A stretch of DNA of 64,000 bases from a virus. The notes under the pieces are model-generated. The model was not told the origin of the DNA. It did not search any database and worked only from the letters and a program-made list of their open reading frames with translations. The stretch lies in the IMG/VR virus record IMGVR_UViG_3300027668_001405, positions 32,001-96,000 of that record, one strand, 5' to 3'. The position numbers were made by a program, and so were the translations under genes. Of the stretch, positions 1 to 9,132 are shown piece after piece. How positions within the stretch are numbered: the first letter of the stretch is position 1; each line of letters starts with the position of its first letter.

Positions 1-75
1 GTGCCTACTAAAGTAGAAAAACACCGTTTTATACAAAAACTTTCAAAATAAATCAAATAAACCAAGACTTTTCGG

Positions 76-104
76 TTGACAACCACCCTGTTTCATCGTA
101 TAAT
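76..104 (+). promoter_or_regulatory. sigma70-type (early) promoter
   Basis: TTGACA(76-81)-17 bp-TATAAT(99-104), upstream of RBS AGGAG and ATG 158. Confidence 0.85.
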
Positions 105-157
105 ATATATACAAGTTAGAAATTTAACAGTTTTATAACACGTCAGGAGACAACACT

Positions 158-2926
158 ATGAAAAAGTTACTAATTACGGCACTGCTAACAATTTGTTTAA
201 CAAGCACAGCATACGCCGCACCAGCATTTAAGAGTTACTATGATTACGCAAGTGGTCTAAACAGTGGATTACAAATTAGCTTTTCCACTTCAATGGTAAA
301 AAACTACAATCGTTCTAATAAATCTTACAAGGGTTTGATTGACAAGTATGATCACTTGTTTAGTAAGTACGGTTGGTTTCAGAACCTTAAGCTAAGGTAC
401 GCTTTCCAAGTAGAAGAAATCTCAAAGTACAATTTGCTACTTAACAAAGTTGAAGCAAAGGTTACACTAGTAAGCACAAGTTATGTTAATACTAATGGTG
501 TAATTACTACACGTGGAACTATCTCAGAAACAAGTAATACTGTAGTTGTAGAAGAAACAGTTGACAACAACGTAACAGAGTATGCAGTAGTTACTAAAAC
601 ATTCTCAACCCCAATTAAGAAACAGGCTTGGGAAAATGTTAATGCTATTACATTATATAGTGATGGAACTAAAGGTTCTACTAACACTACAAAAACAACA
701 TCAATTACAAATACTGTAGAAACAGAGACAAAGGTAGAGCGTACTGTTATACGTACATACGCATTGGTTGTTGAACCAGTTGTTGTAGTTGAAGAAGTAG
801 TTGCAGAAGTAGAAGTAGTTGAAGAAGTAGTTGAGGTTGTTGAGGTTGTTGAAGAAGACAAGCCAGTAGTCGTAGTAATTACTGAAGCAGAATATCTTGC
901 AAGAAACGATGTTACATATACAGATACTGAAACATATCGTAACGCAGTATGGGCAATGAATAGCAGAATCAATCAAACATATACAGACACAGTATTGTCT
1001 AAGCATTATGGTAATCACTTAGAAACTATTGGTGCACCGGCTGCATGGAGCAGAGGTTACACTGGTAAAGGTTCTACTATTGCTATACTTGATACTGGTA
1101 TTGATATGGACCATACGGAATTTAAAGACAGCATTAAAGGTACAAAATGTTTCACACGTAGCTGTAGGTTAGGTATTGAAACAATAGATGATCTTAACAA
1201 GTACTCACACGGAACACACGTTGCAGGTATTGCAGCCGCAAACTTAGATGGTGTAGGTACTACAGGTGTTGCTTATGATGCAGACTTGCTAATTGCAAAG
1301 ACAGCATACGATGCAGGATCATTTGACTTTACAGTTGTAGACGAAGCAATTGAATGGGCAGTTGAAAATGGTGCTGATGTAATTAATATGAGTGCTAACT
1401 ATAACTTTGATAACACATACAAGAACTCAATTACTAAGATGTCAGATGGAATGTTTATGTCAACAGACACACGTGGACGTAATGGTATTACATTTGATAA
1501 GTTTGGTTATGCAGGACTACTAGACAGTCAACATTATTATAAGAACATTGTTAACGCAATGAAAGGACACGAAGCAGTACTAGTAATGTCAGCAGGTAAC
1601 CAAGGTACAGACGTTGTTGGACAGCCAGGCTTTATTGCACTAGATGCAGAAGTTGGTGACAGGGTTTTACTTGTTGGTAACTATGATACACGTTTAGGTA
1701 AAATTGACCGTAGCAGTAACAAAGCTGGTACAATGTGTTTTGATGTTGTAGCTGGTACAAATACATGTGCAAGTGATGCACGTATTAGTGATAGGTATTT
1801 GATGGCGCCAGGACGTTATGTTGCAAGTACAGATAACAATGGAGAGTACAGAACTAACAGTGGTACGTCACAAGCGGCTCCAATGGTATCAGGTGCAGTT
1901 GCAATTGTACACCAAATGTGGCCACACATGACAGGTGCTAACTTGTCTAAGTTGTTGCTAAACACAGCCAGCAAAGATATTGTAGGCTATGATGTAAACG
2001 TACATGGACAAGGATTGCTAGACTTAAACGAAGCTACACTACCACAAGGTGCTATTGGACTTCCTACTACAGGACGAGTTACAGGTGGCAAGGTAGATGT
2101 AAGTAACAGTGGAACAATTGCAGTACAAGGTGGAAGTATCTCATCACTAACAAGTGTTATGGTTGTTGATGCATACGACAGAGACTATTACTTTGATGCT
2201 AACAGCATGGTACAAGTAAACGACACACGTACTACAAGTCCAGTGGAAGCCGCTAAGAATGGTTTTGCACCAGACTACTACATTGGTTTCTCAGGTGGAA
2301 CAGTTATCCCAACAGGTAACGGAAGTACATTCCTAAGCATTAACGAAACTAATAATAACATCAGCTTGCTACAAACATACGATAAGTTCTCATTAGGTCT
2401 TGTTAACGAATCAGACACTTACTTAGGTAACTATGCAAACAGTAGCTTAATGAAAGTAGATGGTAGTAACACAGCATACATTGGTTACAATGAAAGCATT
2501 GACATGGGAGATGGATTAAAGTTTTATGGTAGTGCAACAATTGGTGCAACAAAACTAGATGTTGATAACAGTTCAATGCTTAAGAGTGCAGACATTATGA
2601 TGTCTAACAGTGCTACACTAGGCTTCTCGCAAACTATAAACACAAGAAGTACATTTGGGTTTGTAACAAGTATGCCAGTTAGCATTACAAGTGGTAAAGC
2701 ACACTTTAACTTGCCAACTAGTGTTAGTACTAATGGAGACATTAATAGTTCTAATATGAGTAGCTCATTAGAAGCTCCTAAAAGAGAAGTAGACTTTGGA
2801 TTGTTTTATAACTACAACCCAACAGAGAATACAGCTTTTACAGCTAACATTGAACTACGTACTAACTATGCAGGAACAAGTGAAAACATGGGTACAGCAG
2901 GCGTAAGCTATAAGGTGATGTTTTAA
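158..2926 (+). CDS. S8 subtilisin-like serine protease with signal peptide, Glu/Val-rich linker and putative C-terminal beta-barrel (autotransporter-like)
   Basis: Catalytic motifs ILDTG, HGTHVAG, SAGN, SGTSQAAP; hydrophobic N-terminus; beta-strand-like C-terminal region ending YKVMF. Confidence 0.85.
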   Translation: MKKLLITALLTICLTSTAYAAPAFKSYYDYASGLNSGLQISFSTSMVKNYNRSNKSYKGLIDKYDHLFSKYGWFQNLKLRYAFQVEEISKYNLLLNKVEAKVTLVSTSYVNTNGVITTRGTISETSNTVVVEETVDNNVTEYAVVTKTFSTPIKKQAWENVNAITLYSDGTKGSTNTTKTTSITNTVETETKVERTVIRTYALVVEPVVVVEEVVAEVEVVEEVVEVVEVVEEDKPVVVVITEAEYLARNDVTYTDTETYRNAVWAMNSRINQTYTDTVLSKHYGNHLETIGAPAAWSRGYTGKGSTIAILDTGIDMDHTEFKDSIKGTKCFTRSCRLGIETIDDLNKYSHGTHVAGIAAANLDGVGTTGVAYDADLLIAKTAYDAGSFDFTVVDEAIEWAVENGADVINMSANYNFDNTYKNSITKMSDGMFMSTDTRGRNGITFDKFGYAGLLDSQHYYKNIVNAMKGHEAVLVMSAGNQGTDVVGQPGFIALDAEVGDRVLLVGNYDTRLGKIDRSSNKAGTMCFDVVAGTNTCASDARISDRYLMAPGRYVASTDNNGEYRTNSGTSQAAPMVSGAVAIVHQMWPHMTGANLSKLLLNTASKDIVGYDVNVHGQGLLDLNEATLPQGAIGLPTTGRVTGGKVDVSNSGTIAVQGGSISSLTSVMVVDAYDRDYYFDANSMVQVNDTRTTSPVEAAKNGFAPDYYIGFSGGTVIPTGNGSTFLSINETNNNISLLQTYDKFSLGLVNESDTYLGNYANSSLMKVDGSNTAYIGYNESIDMGDGLKFYGSATIGATKLDVDNSSMLKSADIMMSNSATLGFSQTINTRSTFGFVTSMPVSITSGKAHFNLPTSVSTNGDINSSNMSSSLEAPKREVDFGLFYNYNPTENTAFTANIELRTNYAGTSENMGTAGVSYKVMF
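770..880 (+). repeat. low-complexity (V/E)n coding repeat within the subtilase
   Basis: Degenerate gttgaagaagta/gttgaggtt units encoding VVVVEEVVAEVEVVEEVVEVVEVVEE; bounds approximate. Confidence 0.7.
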
Positions 2927-3498
2927 TGTCGGGAACATATAAAAGGGGCAAGCTAGAAGTAATAGCTGGCCCTATGTTCGCAGGTAAGAGTAGTGAGCTT
3001 CTAAAGAGGCTACTATTCATTGAGCATGGTGGACATAAAGTATTAGTACTAAAGCCAATTGTTGATGACAGGTATGACAGTAACTTTATAGTAACACACA
3101 ATCAATTAAAGCACCCGGCTGTAGCAGTAATTGATTTAGAACTAGTAAAAGATAATTACACAATTAAGCCTTACAACTACCACTCAGTGTTTATTGATGA
3201 AGTACAGTTTTTTGATATGAACGAAGCTATGTGGTTTGTAGAAGAAGGGTTAAGAGAAGGAGTTAACTTTGTAGTTGCAGGACTCGACCAAGACAGTCGT
3301 GGAGTTCCATTTGAGACTACAAGCAGAATGCTAGCACTCGCAGACGAGGTTGTTAAAATAAAAGCATTTTGTACTATATGTGGAATGGATGCAGGAAAGA
3401 CACAACGGTTAAAAGCAACCAGACACTCATCTAGGGTTAAAGTCGGCGGAGCAGAAACATATGAGCCTCGCTGTCACGAACATTGGGAGAGTAAATAA
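2926..3498 (+). CDS. tdk: thymidine kinase (type II)
   Basis: P-loop GPMFAGKS, Walker B IDEVQF, Zn motifs CTIC and CHEH. Confidence 0.93.
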   Translation: MSGTYKRGKLEVIAGPMFAGKSSELLKRLLFIEHGGHKVLVLKPIVDDRYDSNFIVTHNQLKHPAVAVIDLELVKDNYTIKPYNYHSVFIDEVQFFDMNEAMWFVEEGLREGVNFVVAGLDQDSRGVPFETTSRMLALADEVVKIKAFCTICGMDAGKTQRLKATRHSSRVKVGGAETYEPRCHEHWESK

Positions 3499-3689
3499 TG
3501 ACATATGCAGTAAAAGTAATGTTGTCAGTTGATGACTGGATTTACATTACAAAAAATAATAGCACACATTGTTGGGACTTAAAGCCTGAGACGTTTGCTA
3601 CAAAGAAGTTGGCATACGGATTTGCCAAACAATGGCGCCTTAGCGGAAAAGGCCAAAACGTAAAAGTGGTGAAATATAATGAAAGTTAA
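3498..3689 (+). CDS. hypothetical protein
   Basis: 63 aa ORF coupled to neighbours by overlaps. Confidence 0.6.
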   Translation: MTYAVKVMLSVDDWIYITKNNSTHCWDLKPETFATKKLAYGFAKQWRLSGKGQNVKVVKYNES

Positions 3690-4212
3690 TATAGGAAATT
3701 ATCCTAGTTGGAACAGGTTTACCAATTGGATTGGATATGAACCTAAACAGAAGATCAAAGTTCAAATAGAAAGATGGGATACGTACAGCATGGACCAAAC
3801 ACTATCACATATTATCCATCCTATGTTGATTCAGCTTAGAGATACATCACATGGTATCCCTTGGGTAGATCAAAAAGATGTACCAAAAACACTAAGGTGG
3901 ACAAAAGCAGAAGCAGTTGCTTATGAAAAACATGGAGACATGGACGACAACTTCGGGCCAAGGTGGGAGTGGATTATTAATGAAATGATCTGGGCATTCG
4001 GCCAAAAGATAACTGATGATGACAATACATTTGGAGAAGGTAATTGGGATGTGTCCTGGACAGATACTGGCAAAGGTGATGGTACTTCTGAAATGAAATA
4101 TGGACCTGATCATACTTATAAGATTGACAAGGATGCACTTACTAATCATCATGATAGAATGAGGAAAGGGTTTTTATTCTTTGGAAAATACTATGAGCAT
4201 CTTTGGGACTAG
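3679..4212 (+). CDS. conserved phage hypothetical protein
   Basis: 177 aa ORF; WDTYSMDQTLSHIIHPML segment resembles myovirus hypotheticals (recollection). Confidence 0.65.
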   Translation: MKVNIGNYPSWNRFTNWIGYEPKQKIKVQIERWDTYSMDQTLSHIIHPMLIQLRDTSHGIPWVDQKDVPKTLRWTKAEAVAYEKHGDMDDNFGPRWEWIINEMIWAFGQKITDDDNTFGEGNWDVSWTDTGKGDGTSEMKYGPDHTYKIDKDALTNHHDRMRKGFLFFGKYYEHLWD

Positions 4213-4336
4213 GTACAGGCTGTTTGTTAAATGGTATCGTAAACTCAGGGTTGACGGTTATGCTTGGTATAACTGTTTAGCTTGGGCGTGGAGTAATTCA
4301 AGAACACACAATATAGATGGGAGCTACAGACGATGA
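4193..4336 (+). CDS. small Trp/Tyr-rich peptide (47 aa), not in the ORF track
   Basis: Manual translation MSIFGTRYRLFVKWYRKLRVDGYAWYNCLAWAWSNSRTHNIDGSYRR; fills the gap; its stop overlaps the next ATG (ATGA). Confidence 0.55.
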   Translation: MSIFGTRYRLFVKWYRKLRVDGYAWYNCLAWAWSNSRTHNIDGSYRR

Positions 4337-4527
4337 ACTATACAAAAATTGATGACAAGAACTGGATTGTAGTTGTGCAGGAAGATGGAAAAACAAAAGA
4401 ACTGTTTATTGAATTTCCACCAGGCGCAATTGATCAAGCAGGATGGAGTGATGATCAAGATCTAGAATGGATTATTAATGACGATCAATCTGTTACATTA
4501 AGAAAGAAAGACAATGGAGAAACGTGA
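4333..4527 (+). CDS. AbrB/MazE-like small DNA-binding protein (putative)
   Basis: 64 aa; LFIEFPPGAIDQAGWSDDQDLEW resembles the swapped-hairpin pattern. Confidence 0.5.
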   Translation: MNYTKIDDKNWIVVVQEDGKTKELFIEFPPGAIDQAGWSDDQDLEWIINDDQSVTLRKKDNGET

Positions 4528-4870
4528 AAGCTACTATGATTTTATGGGGCGTAAACTTAGGGAAGATGAAAACAAAATGACACAACTAAATCTGTTCGTA
4601 GAAGATATTAATATATCAAACCTTGATAGGCAAACAGAACTTATGGCTATCACAGCAGAAGAATGTGGCGAACTAGTACAGTCGTGCATGAAGATAGCAA
4701 GATGGGGAGTAGATAAAAAGAAGATTGCTTCGTTACTAGAAGAAGCAGGAGATGTAGCATTGATGTTAGACTTGTTAGTAGAGAATGGATACATTACTAA
4801 CGAAGAACTAAATGCTAGGAAAACAGTAAAACGACTTAAACTAACAAAGTATTCTAATTTAATTAACTGA
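4514..4870 (+). CDS. MazG-like nucleotide pyrophosphohydrolase
   Basis: Acidic helices AEECGELVQ and LLEEAGDV (EExxE/ExxD). Confidence 0.75.
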   Translation: MEKRESYYDFMGRKLREDENKMTQLNLFVEDINISNLDRQTELMAITAEECGELVQSCMKIARWGVDKKKIASLLEEAGDVALMLDLLVENGYITNEELNARKTVKRLKLTKYSNLIN

Positions 4871-4879
4871 GAGAAATAA

Positions 4880-5626
4880 ATGAACAATAAAGAACTATAC
4901 ATGTTATGGCACGATCAGGGATTCCTTGGTACATGGCTATCGTGGTTTATTAATAGCCACAGCAACTTCGGACAATACAAAGGCAACTTTAAGCATACGC
5001 CAATTGCACAATCAAGTCGTACTACTAAAACATTTGAAGAACCTCTATACTTTAATCAATCTATTGGAACATGGAACTCTGTGCTTAGTCACAAGATACC
5101 TGCTAAGATACTTAACGAGAAGCCTAGCACGTATGATGAGCACATAGCTTGGTGTGATGCAATGGCTTGTAATAAAGACTACACAAAGCTAACTACACGC
5201 ATCTCTAACCACTTTACTCCCGAGCATGCATTAACGTATGACTTTGCATCTAGATTTAAAAAGCATGAAGTAAAAGTTACTAAGAACATTTGTATTCACG
5301 CAGGCGACTATGCAAGCATGATATCAGATAGGCTAAAAGACTTAACACACCATGACATCTATCATGCAAATCACGCACAGTTGCGTACAGAATGGATACA
5401 ACGTATTGACGATCGTAACGAACGTGTAAACTTTCCTTACCTAAGCACACTAGCACCTAATCACATTGTTGATATTAGTAGGCTTATGGGTGGAAGTAAA
5501 GTTGAGTATAGGCATTTACTAGAAGCAATAGGTGAAGAGCCACATCCCAATTGGAAATCTAAAATAGCAATGGCTAATGAAATGTTTACAAAATACCAAT
5601 GGGTGGAGCCTAATGTCATTGCATAA
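4880..5626 (+). CDS. hypothetical protein
   Basis: 248 aa ORF with RBS-like GAGA; no recognised family. Confidence 0.7.
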   Translation: MNNKELYMLWHDQGFLGTWLSWFINSHSNFGQYKGNFKHTPIAQSSRTTKTFEEPLYFNQSIGTWNSVLSHKIPAKILNEKPSTYDEHIAWCDAMACNKDYTKLTTRISNHFTPEHALTYDFASRFKKHEVKVTKNICIHAGDYASMISDRLKDLTHHDIYHANHAQLRTEWIQRIDDRNERVNFPYLSTLAPNHIVDISRLMGGSKVEYRHLLEAIGEEPHPNWKSKIAMANEMFTKYQWVEPNVIA

Positions 5627-5629
5627 ATA
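5622..5629 (+). promoter_or_regulatory. T4-like late promoter motif CATAAATA
   Basis: One mismatch to TATAAATA, 9 nt before ATG 5638; motif recurs before other genes. Confidence 0.5.
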
Positions 5630-5637
5630 ATGTAGCA

Positions 5638-6297
5638 ATGTATATATCTAACTCATTAGAAATTGAACTTACTACTAAATGCACACTAGGATGTTCAGCA
5701 TGTCCACGCAACGATCCTAAAGAGAATAGAGAAGATTGGGACGTTGGACATATTGATTTACAACTAGTGAAAAATATTATAGACCAAGACCATTACAAGT
5801 CTTTATTATTTGTAGGTTGCTATGGTGATCCAATTTATCATCCAGACTTTATAGAAATATGTCACTATGCAATTGCAAGGGAAAAGAGACTATTAATACA
5901 TACAAATGGTAGCTATAAAAAACAAAAGTGGTGGGACGAATTAGCTAAAGCTGATTGGAAGAAGTACCATAACTTTACATTTAGTGTAGATGGGTTAGAA
6001 GATACTAACGGAATATATCGTGAACGTATGCAATGGTCAAGTATAATAGCAGGTATGCAAGCAATGAGTAAAACCCGAGCTACAGTTGAATGGAAGATGT
6101 TAGTGTTTCCATATAACATACATCAAGTTCCAGAAGCACGTAGGCTAGCTGAAAGCATGGGAATAAGATTTACACCAGTAACAAGTGAACGAGGCCATGG
6201 AGCATATAAACATGAAACACCTGAAATCTTTATGTGGAAAAACAATCTAGAAGGAGAAGCCTTAGGCTTATCTGGAGTTCCAGGGTTGCCACAATGA
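5638..6297 (+). CDS. radical SAM protein (catalytic half of a split RS/SPASM pair)
   Basis: CTLGCSAC (Cx3Cx2C), GCYGDP, HTNGS, FSVDG. Confidence 0.9.
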   Translation: MYISNSLEIELTTKCTLGCSACPRNDPKENREDWDVGHIDLQLVKNIIDQDHYKSLLFVGCYGDPIYHPDFIEICHYAIAREKRLLIHTNGSYKKQKWWDELAKADWKKYHNFTFSVDGLEDTNGIYRERMQWSSIIAGMQAMSKTRATVEWKMLVFPYNIHQVPEARRLAESMGIRFTPVTSERGHGAYKHETPEIFMWKNNLEGEALGLSGVPGLPQ

Positions 6298-6617
6298 TTA
6301 GACCTAGATGTACAGAAAATGGAATGCCAATGTTTTTATCAGCAAGTAATATATTAAAGCCTTGTTGTTTTTTAAACACTACTAGGCAGTATAACTTTTT
6401 TAAAGAATGGGGCGAAGCAAGAGGATTAACAGTTGAAGCAGACTTAGATGCATCTAAGCATACAATGGAAACAATATTGTCTAGTCCTACTTGGCTAGCA
6501 TTGATTGAGAGTTTTAAACATCAAGGACAATCACCTAGTACATGTGAAAAACAGTGTGGTCCAGGATCGTACAAAAGCACAAGTGGAACTGCTAAACATA
6601 GCACTTTCAAAGAATAA
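6294..6617 (+). CDS. stand-alone SPASM/twitch-like Fe-S protein, partner of 5638..6297
   Basis: ATG 6294 overlaps the upstream TGA; PRC...KPCC...CEKQC cysteine pattern. Confidence 0.7.
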   Translation: MIRPRCTENGMPMFLSASNILKPCCFLNTTRQYNFFKEWGEARGLTVEADLDASKHTMETILSSPTWLALIESFKHQGQSPSTCEKQCGPGSYKSTSGTAKHSTFKE

Positions 6618-6635
6618 ACACTATAAGGAAATATT

Positions 6636-7391
6636 ATGAAGATAGCCGTATTCGGTTGTGGTTTCGTAGGAGGAACCGTAGCAAACTTTCTAACTGAAAC
6701 AACAGACATAGAAGTAATTAAAGTAGACCCAAAATTATATCCAGATGTAGATCCATTAGATGCTGCAATTGCCGCTGATGGAATTATTATTGCGGTACCA
6801 ACACCAAGCAACCCAGACGGAAGTTGCGACGATAGTATGATACAGCAAGTATTATCTATGTGTGATTATCGTTCAAAGATACTAATCAAAAGCACAGTAA
6901 CACCAGACTTGCTACAAAACTATGATGTTAATGTAGTATACAATCCAGAGTTCTTAAGAGAAGCACACGCAGAAGAAGACTTTAAGAATCAACATACATT
7001 TATACTAGGACATCATGATAACAACAGAGCAGATGCTTTTTGGTGGGCAGATGTGTTCCAACGTAACATAACTGAATGTGTATTTACAAACAGACGTACA
7101 GCAAGCATGATCAAATATACACACAATTCTTGGCTAGCTACTAAGGTTGCATGGTTCCATGAGCTATATGCTAACCTACCACCTGAAGTAGACTATGGCA
7201 CTATTACTAGTACCTTAGCTAGATTTGACACTATTGGTAAAACACACATGGATGCACCAAATAGTCAAGGAACACTAGGTTATAGTGGTAATTGTTTCCC
7301 AAAAGACGTAAAAGCCTTGACAAAGGAAGTAAATCATAGTATACTTAGTACTGTAAATGAGACAAATAATAAACTTAATAAAGGAGATTAG
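6636..7391 (+). CDS. UDP-glucose/GDP-mannose dehydrogenase family protein (short, no C-terminal domain)
   Basis: GCGFVG Rossmann motif, IKSTV, YNPEFLRE, catalytic GYSGNCFPKD; only 251 aa. Confidence 0.85.
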   Translation: MKIAVFGCGFVGGTVANFLTETTDIEVIKVDPKLYPDVDPLDAAIAADGIIIAVPTPSNPDGSCDDSMIQQVLSMCDYRSKILIKSTVTPDLLQNYDVNVVYNPEFLREAHAEEDFKNQHTFILGHHDNNRADAFWWADVFQRNITECVFTNRRTASMIKYTHNSWLATKVAWFHELYANLPPEVDYGTITSTLARFDTIGKTHMDAPNSQGTLGYSGNCFPKDVKALTKEVNHSILSTVNETNNKLNKGD

Positions 7392-7392
7392 C

Positions 7393-7884
7393 ATGTTCAA
7401 TATAAAAGAAGTAATGGCACTGAGTGCAGGTATTTTAATATTTTTGTTAGTAACTGGTGCGGCACAAGCAGATTCGCATTCAGCAGTGAAAGTTGACGGA
7501 TATGTCAAGCATCATTATAAAACTGTTACTACACAACAACAAACAAACAACAGGCAATGTCAAGAAGTAGACATTCCAATTTACGGCAATGACGGTGGCG
7601 AAGTTACTATACAGCAACTTTTTGGTGCTATCATTGGTGGTGTTGTAGGATCTAACGTAGGCAAAGGCAACGGCAAAACAATTGCTACTGCAACAGGCGC
7701 TGTTATTGGATCTCAAATTGGTAAAAACAACGCAACAAAGAAAAACATAATTGGTTATAAAAGACAGACAGTTTGTGAAGACAATCCGACATACAATAAT
7801 GTAACTACTCTTGTCTACTCGCATAGTACTATTAGATTTGCTGATGGTTCTGCACAGTACGACATTCGATTCAAAAAGCAGTAA
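7393..7884 (+). CDS. glycine-zipper 2TM secreted/membrane protein
   Basis: Signal peptide; GAIIGGVVGSNVGKGNGKTIATATGAVIGSQIG; RBS AGGAG before ATG 7393. Confidence 0.8.
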   Translation: MFNIKEVMALSAGILIFLLVTGAAQADSHSAVKVDGYVKHHYKTVTTQQQTNNRQCQEVDIPIYGNDGGEVTIQQLFGAIIGGVVGSNVGKGNGKTIATATGAVIGSQIGKNNATKKNIIGYKRQTVCEDNPTYNNVTTLVYSHSTIRFADGSAQYDIRFKKQ

Positions 7885-7896
7885 AGGAGCAGGACA

Positions 7897-8793
7897 TTGA
7901 AATTAAGGTATAGCGAAGCATTCTACAGTGTGCAAGGCGAAGGTAAGTTTGTAGGTGTACCAAGTGTATTTTTACGTACATTTGGTTGTAACTTTCGTTG
8001 CATGAACTTTGGATTGCCTAGGTCAGAACCAAGTAGAGCAGAGAAGCACACCGCAGGGCAACGATACAATGAAGAAGTATTGGGCCTAATCACAGAAGGT
8101 GTTCATCAAACAACAGAAAAGTTTACTGACTTACCTATTATACATACAGGGTGCGATACTTATGCAAGTATCTATCCTGAGTTTAAAGAGTATAATAAGC
8201 AAGCAGAAGTAGATGAAGTTGTTGAACACTTATTAAGTTTAACTCCCGAAGGCAAGTGGACTTGCGATAATGGTCAAGACATACACTTGATTATGACTGG
8301 TGGAGAACCCTTATTAGCTTGGCAACGAGTATACGTTGAGTTATTTAAGCACCCTAAGATGGCAGATTTAAAAAATGTTACATTTGAAACAAACACTACA
8401 CAACACTTACACGAAGACTTGTTTAAATATCTCAACGACAATGACGACATTACAGTCACTTGGAGTTGTTCCCCAAAACTTAGCGTTTCAGGAGAATCTT
8501 GGGAAGATGCTATTAAACCTAAAGTTGCTTTTGAGTATAGCCTTGTTGACAACAGCGACCTTTATCTTAAGTTTGTTGTCGCTGATCGTACTGATATTGA
8601 AGAAGCCGGTAGAGCTGTTCAAGCATATCGCGATGGTGGAGTTGAATGTCCGGTCTATCTTATGCCGATGGGCGGACGCAGTGAAGAATATAATCTCAAT
8701 GTGCAGGAAGTTGCAAATATCTGCATGGAAAAAGGCTGGAGATTTACCCCAAGATTACACATATCCCTCTTCGGAAACGCCTGGGGAACCTAA
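7897..8793 (+). CDS. queE: 7-carboxy-7-deazaguanine synthase QueE (radical SAM)
   Basis: FYSVQGEG, VFLRTFGCNFRC, GCDT, TGGEP, ETN, CSPK, RLHI; TTG start with RBS AGGA. Confidence 0.85.
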   Translation: MKLRYSEAFYSVQGEGKFVGVPSVFLRTFGCNFRCMNFGLPRSEPSRAEKHTAGQRYNEEVLGLITEGVHQTTEKFTDLPIIHTGCDTYASIYPEFKEYNKQAEVDEVVEHLLSLTPEGKWTCDNGQDIHLIMTGGEPLLAWQRVYVELFKHPKMADLKNVTFETNTTQHLHEDLFKYLNDNDDITVTWSCSPKLSVSGESWEDAIKPKVAFEYSLVDNSDLYLKFVVADRTDIEEAGRAVQAYRDGGVECPVYLMPMGGRSEEYNLNVQEVANICMEKGWRFTPRLHISLFGNAWGT

Positions 8794-8949
8794 GGATTAT
8801 GATGACTATGTATCGCACTTTGCTAAACAACGCAAGTATAAGTCTGAAGCACATAAGAAGGCTATGCAAGCCAAGTACCCAAGAGACTTGGAAGACGACT
8901 TACGTAAAGCAGGAATGTAAGCCTAACATGGTTGTATGGAATTTAAGTA

Positions 8950-9132
8950 ATGAAGGATAAAATGGATAACACAACAGAAACACAATGCGAAGATTGCCGT
9001 ATAGAAATAACGACTAAAGGTATTACAGTAGATAGCAGTGAAGGTAACTTATACTTTGAAGCTATTATATTAGTAACAGTATTAGCCGTTGTTTACATTG
9101 GCAAGAAGCTAGTAGACAAGTATATTAAATGA
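8950..9132 (+). CDS. small membrane protein
   Basis: C-terminal hydrophobic helix AIILVTVLAVVYIG. Confidence 0.55.
   Translation: MKDKMDNTTETQCEDCRIEITTKGITVDSSEGNLYFEAIILVTVLAVVYIGKKLVDKYIK

Noticed and set aside
770-880. GTTGAAGAAGTA-type repeats as a CRISPR array or VNTR
   Set aside because: In-frame low-complexity coding for a Val/Glu linker; no spacers.
6294-6297. TGA at the split RS junction as selenocysteine or stop readthrough
   Set aside because: The partner gene is in a different frame (ATGA overlap), and the second copy ends in TAA.
8375-8793. 181 aa ORF overlapping queE in the +1 frame
   Set aside because: The overlapping part has no recognisable features; only the tail is kept as a low-interest finding.
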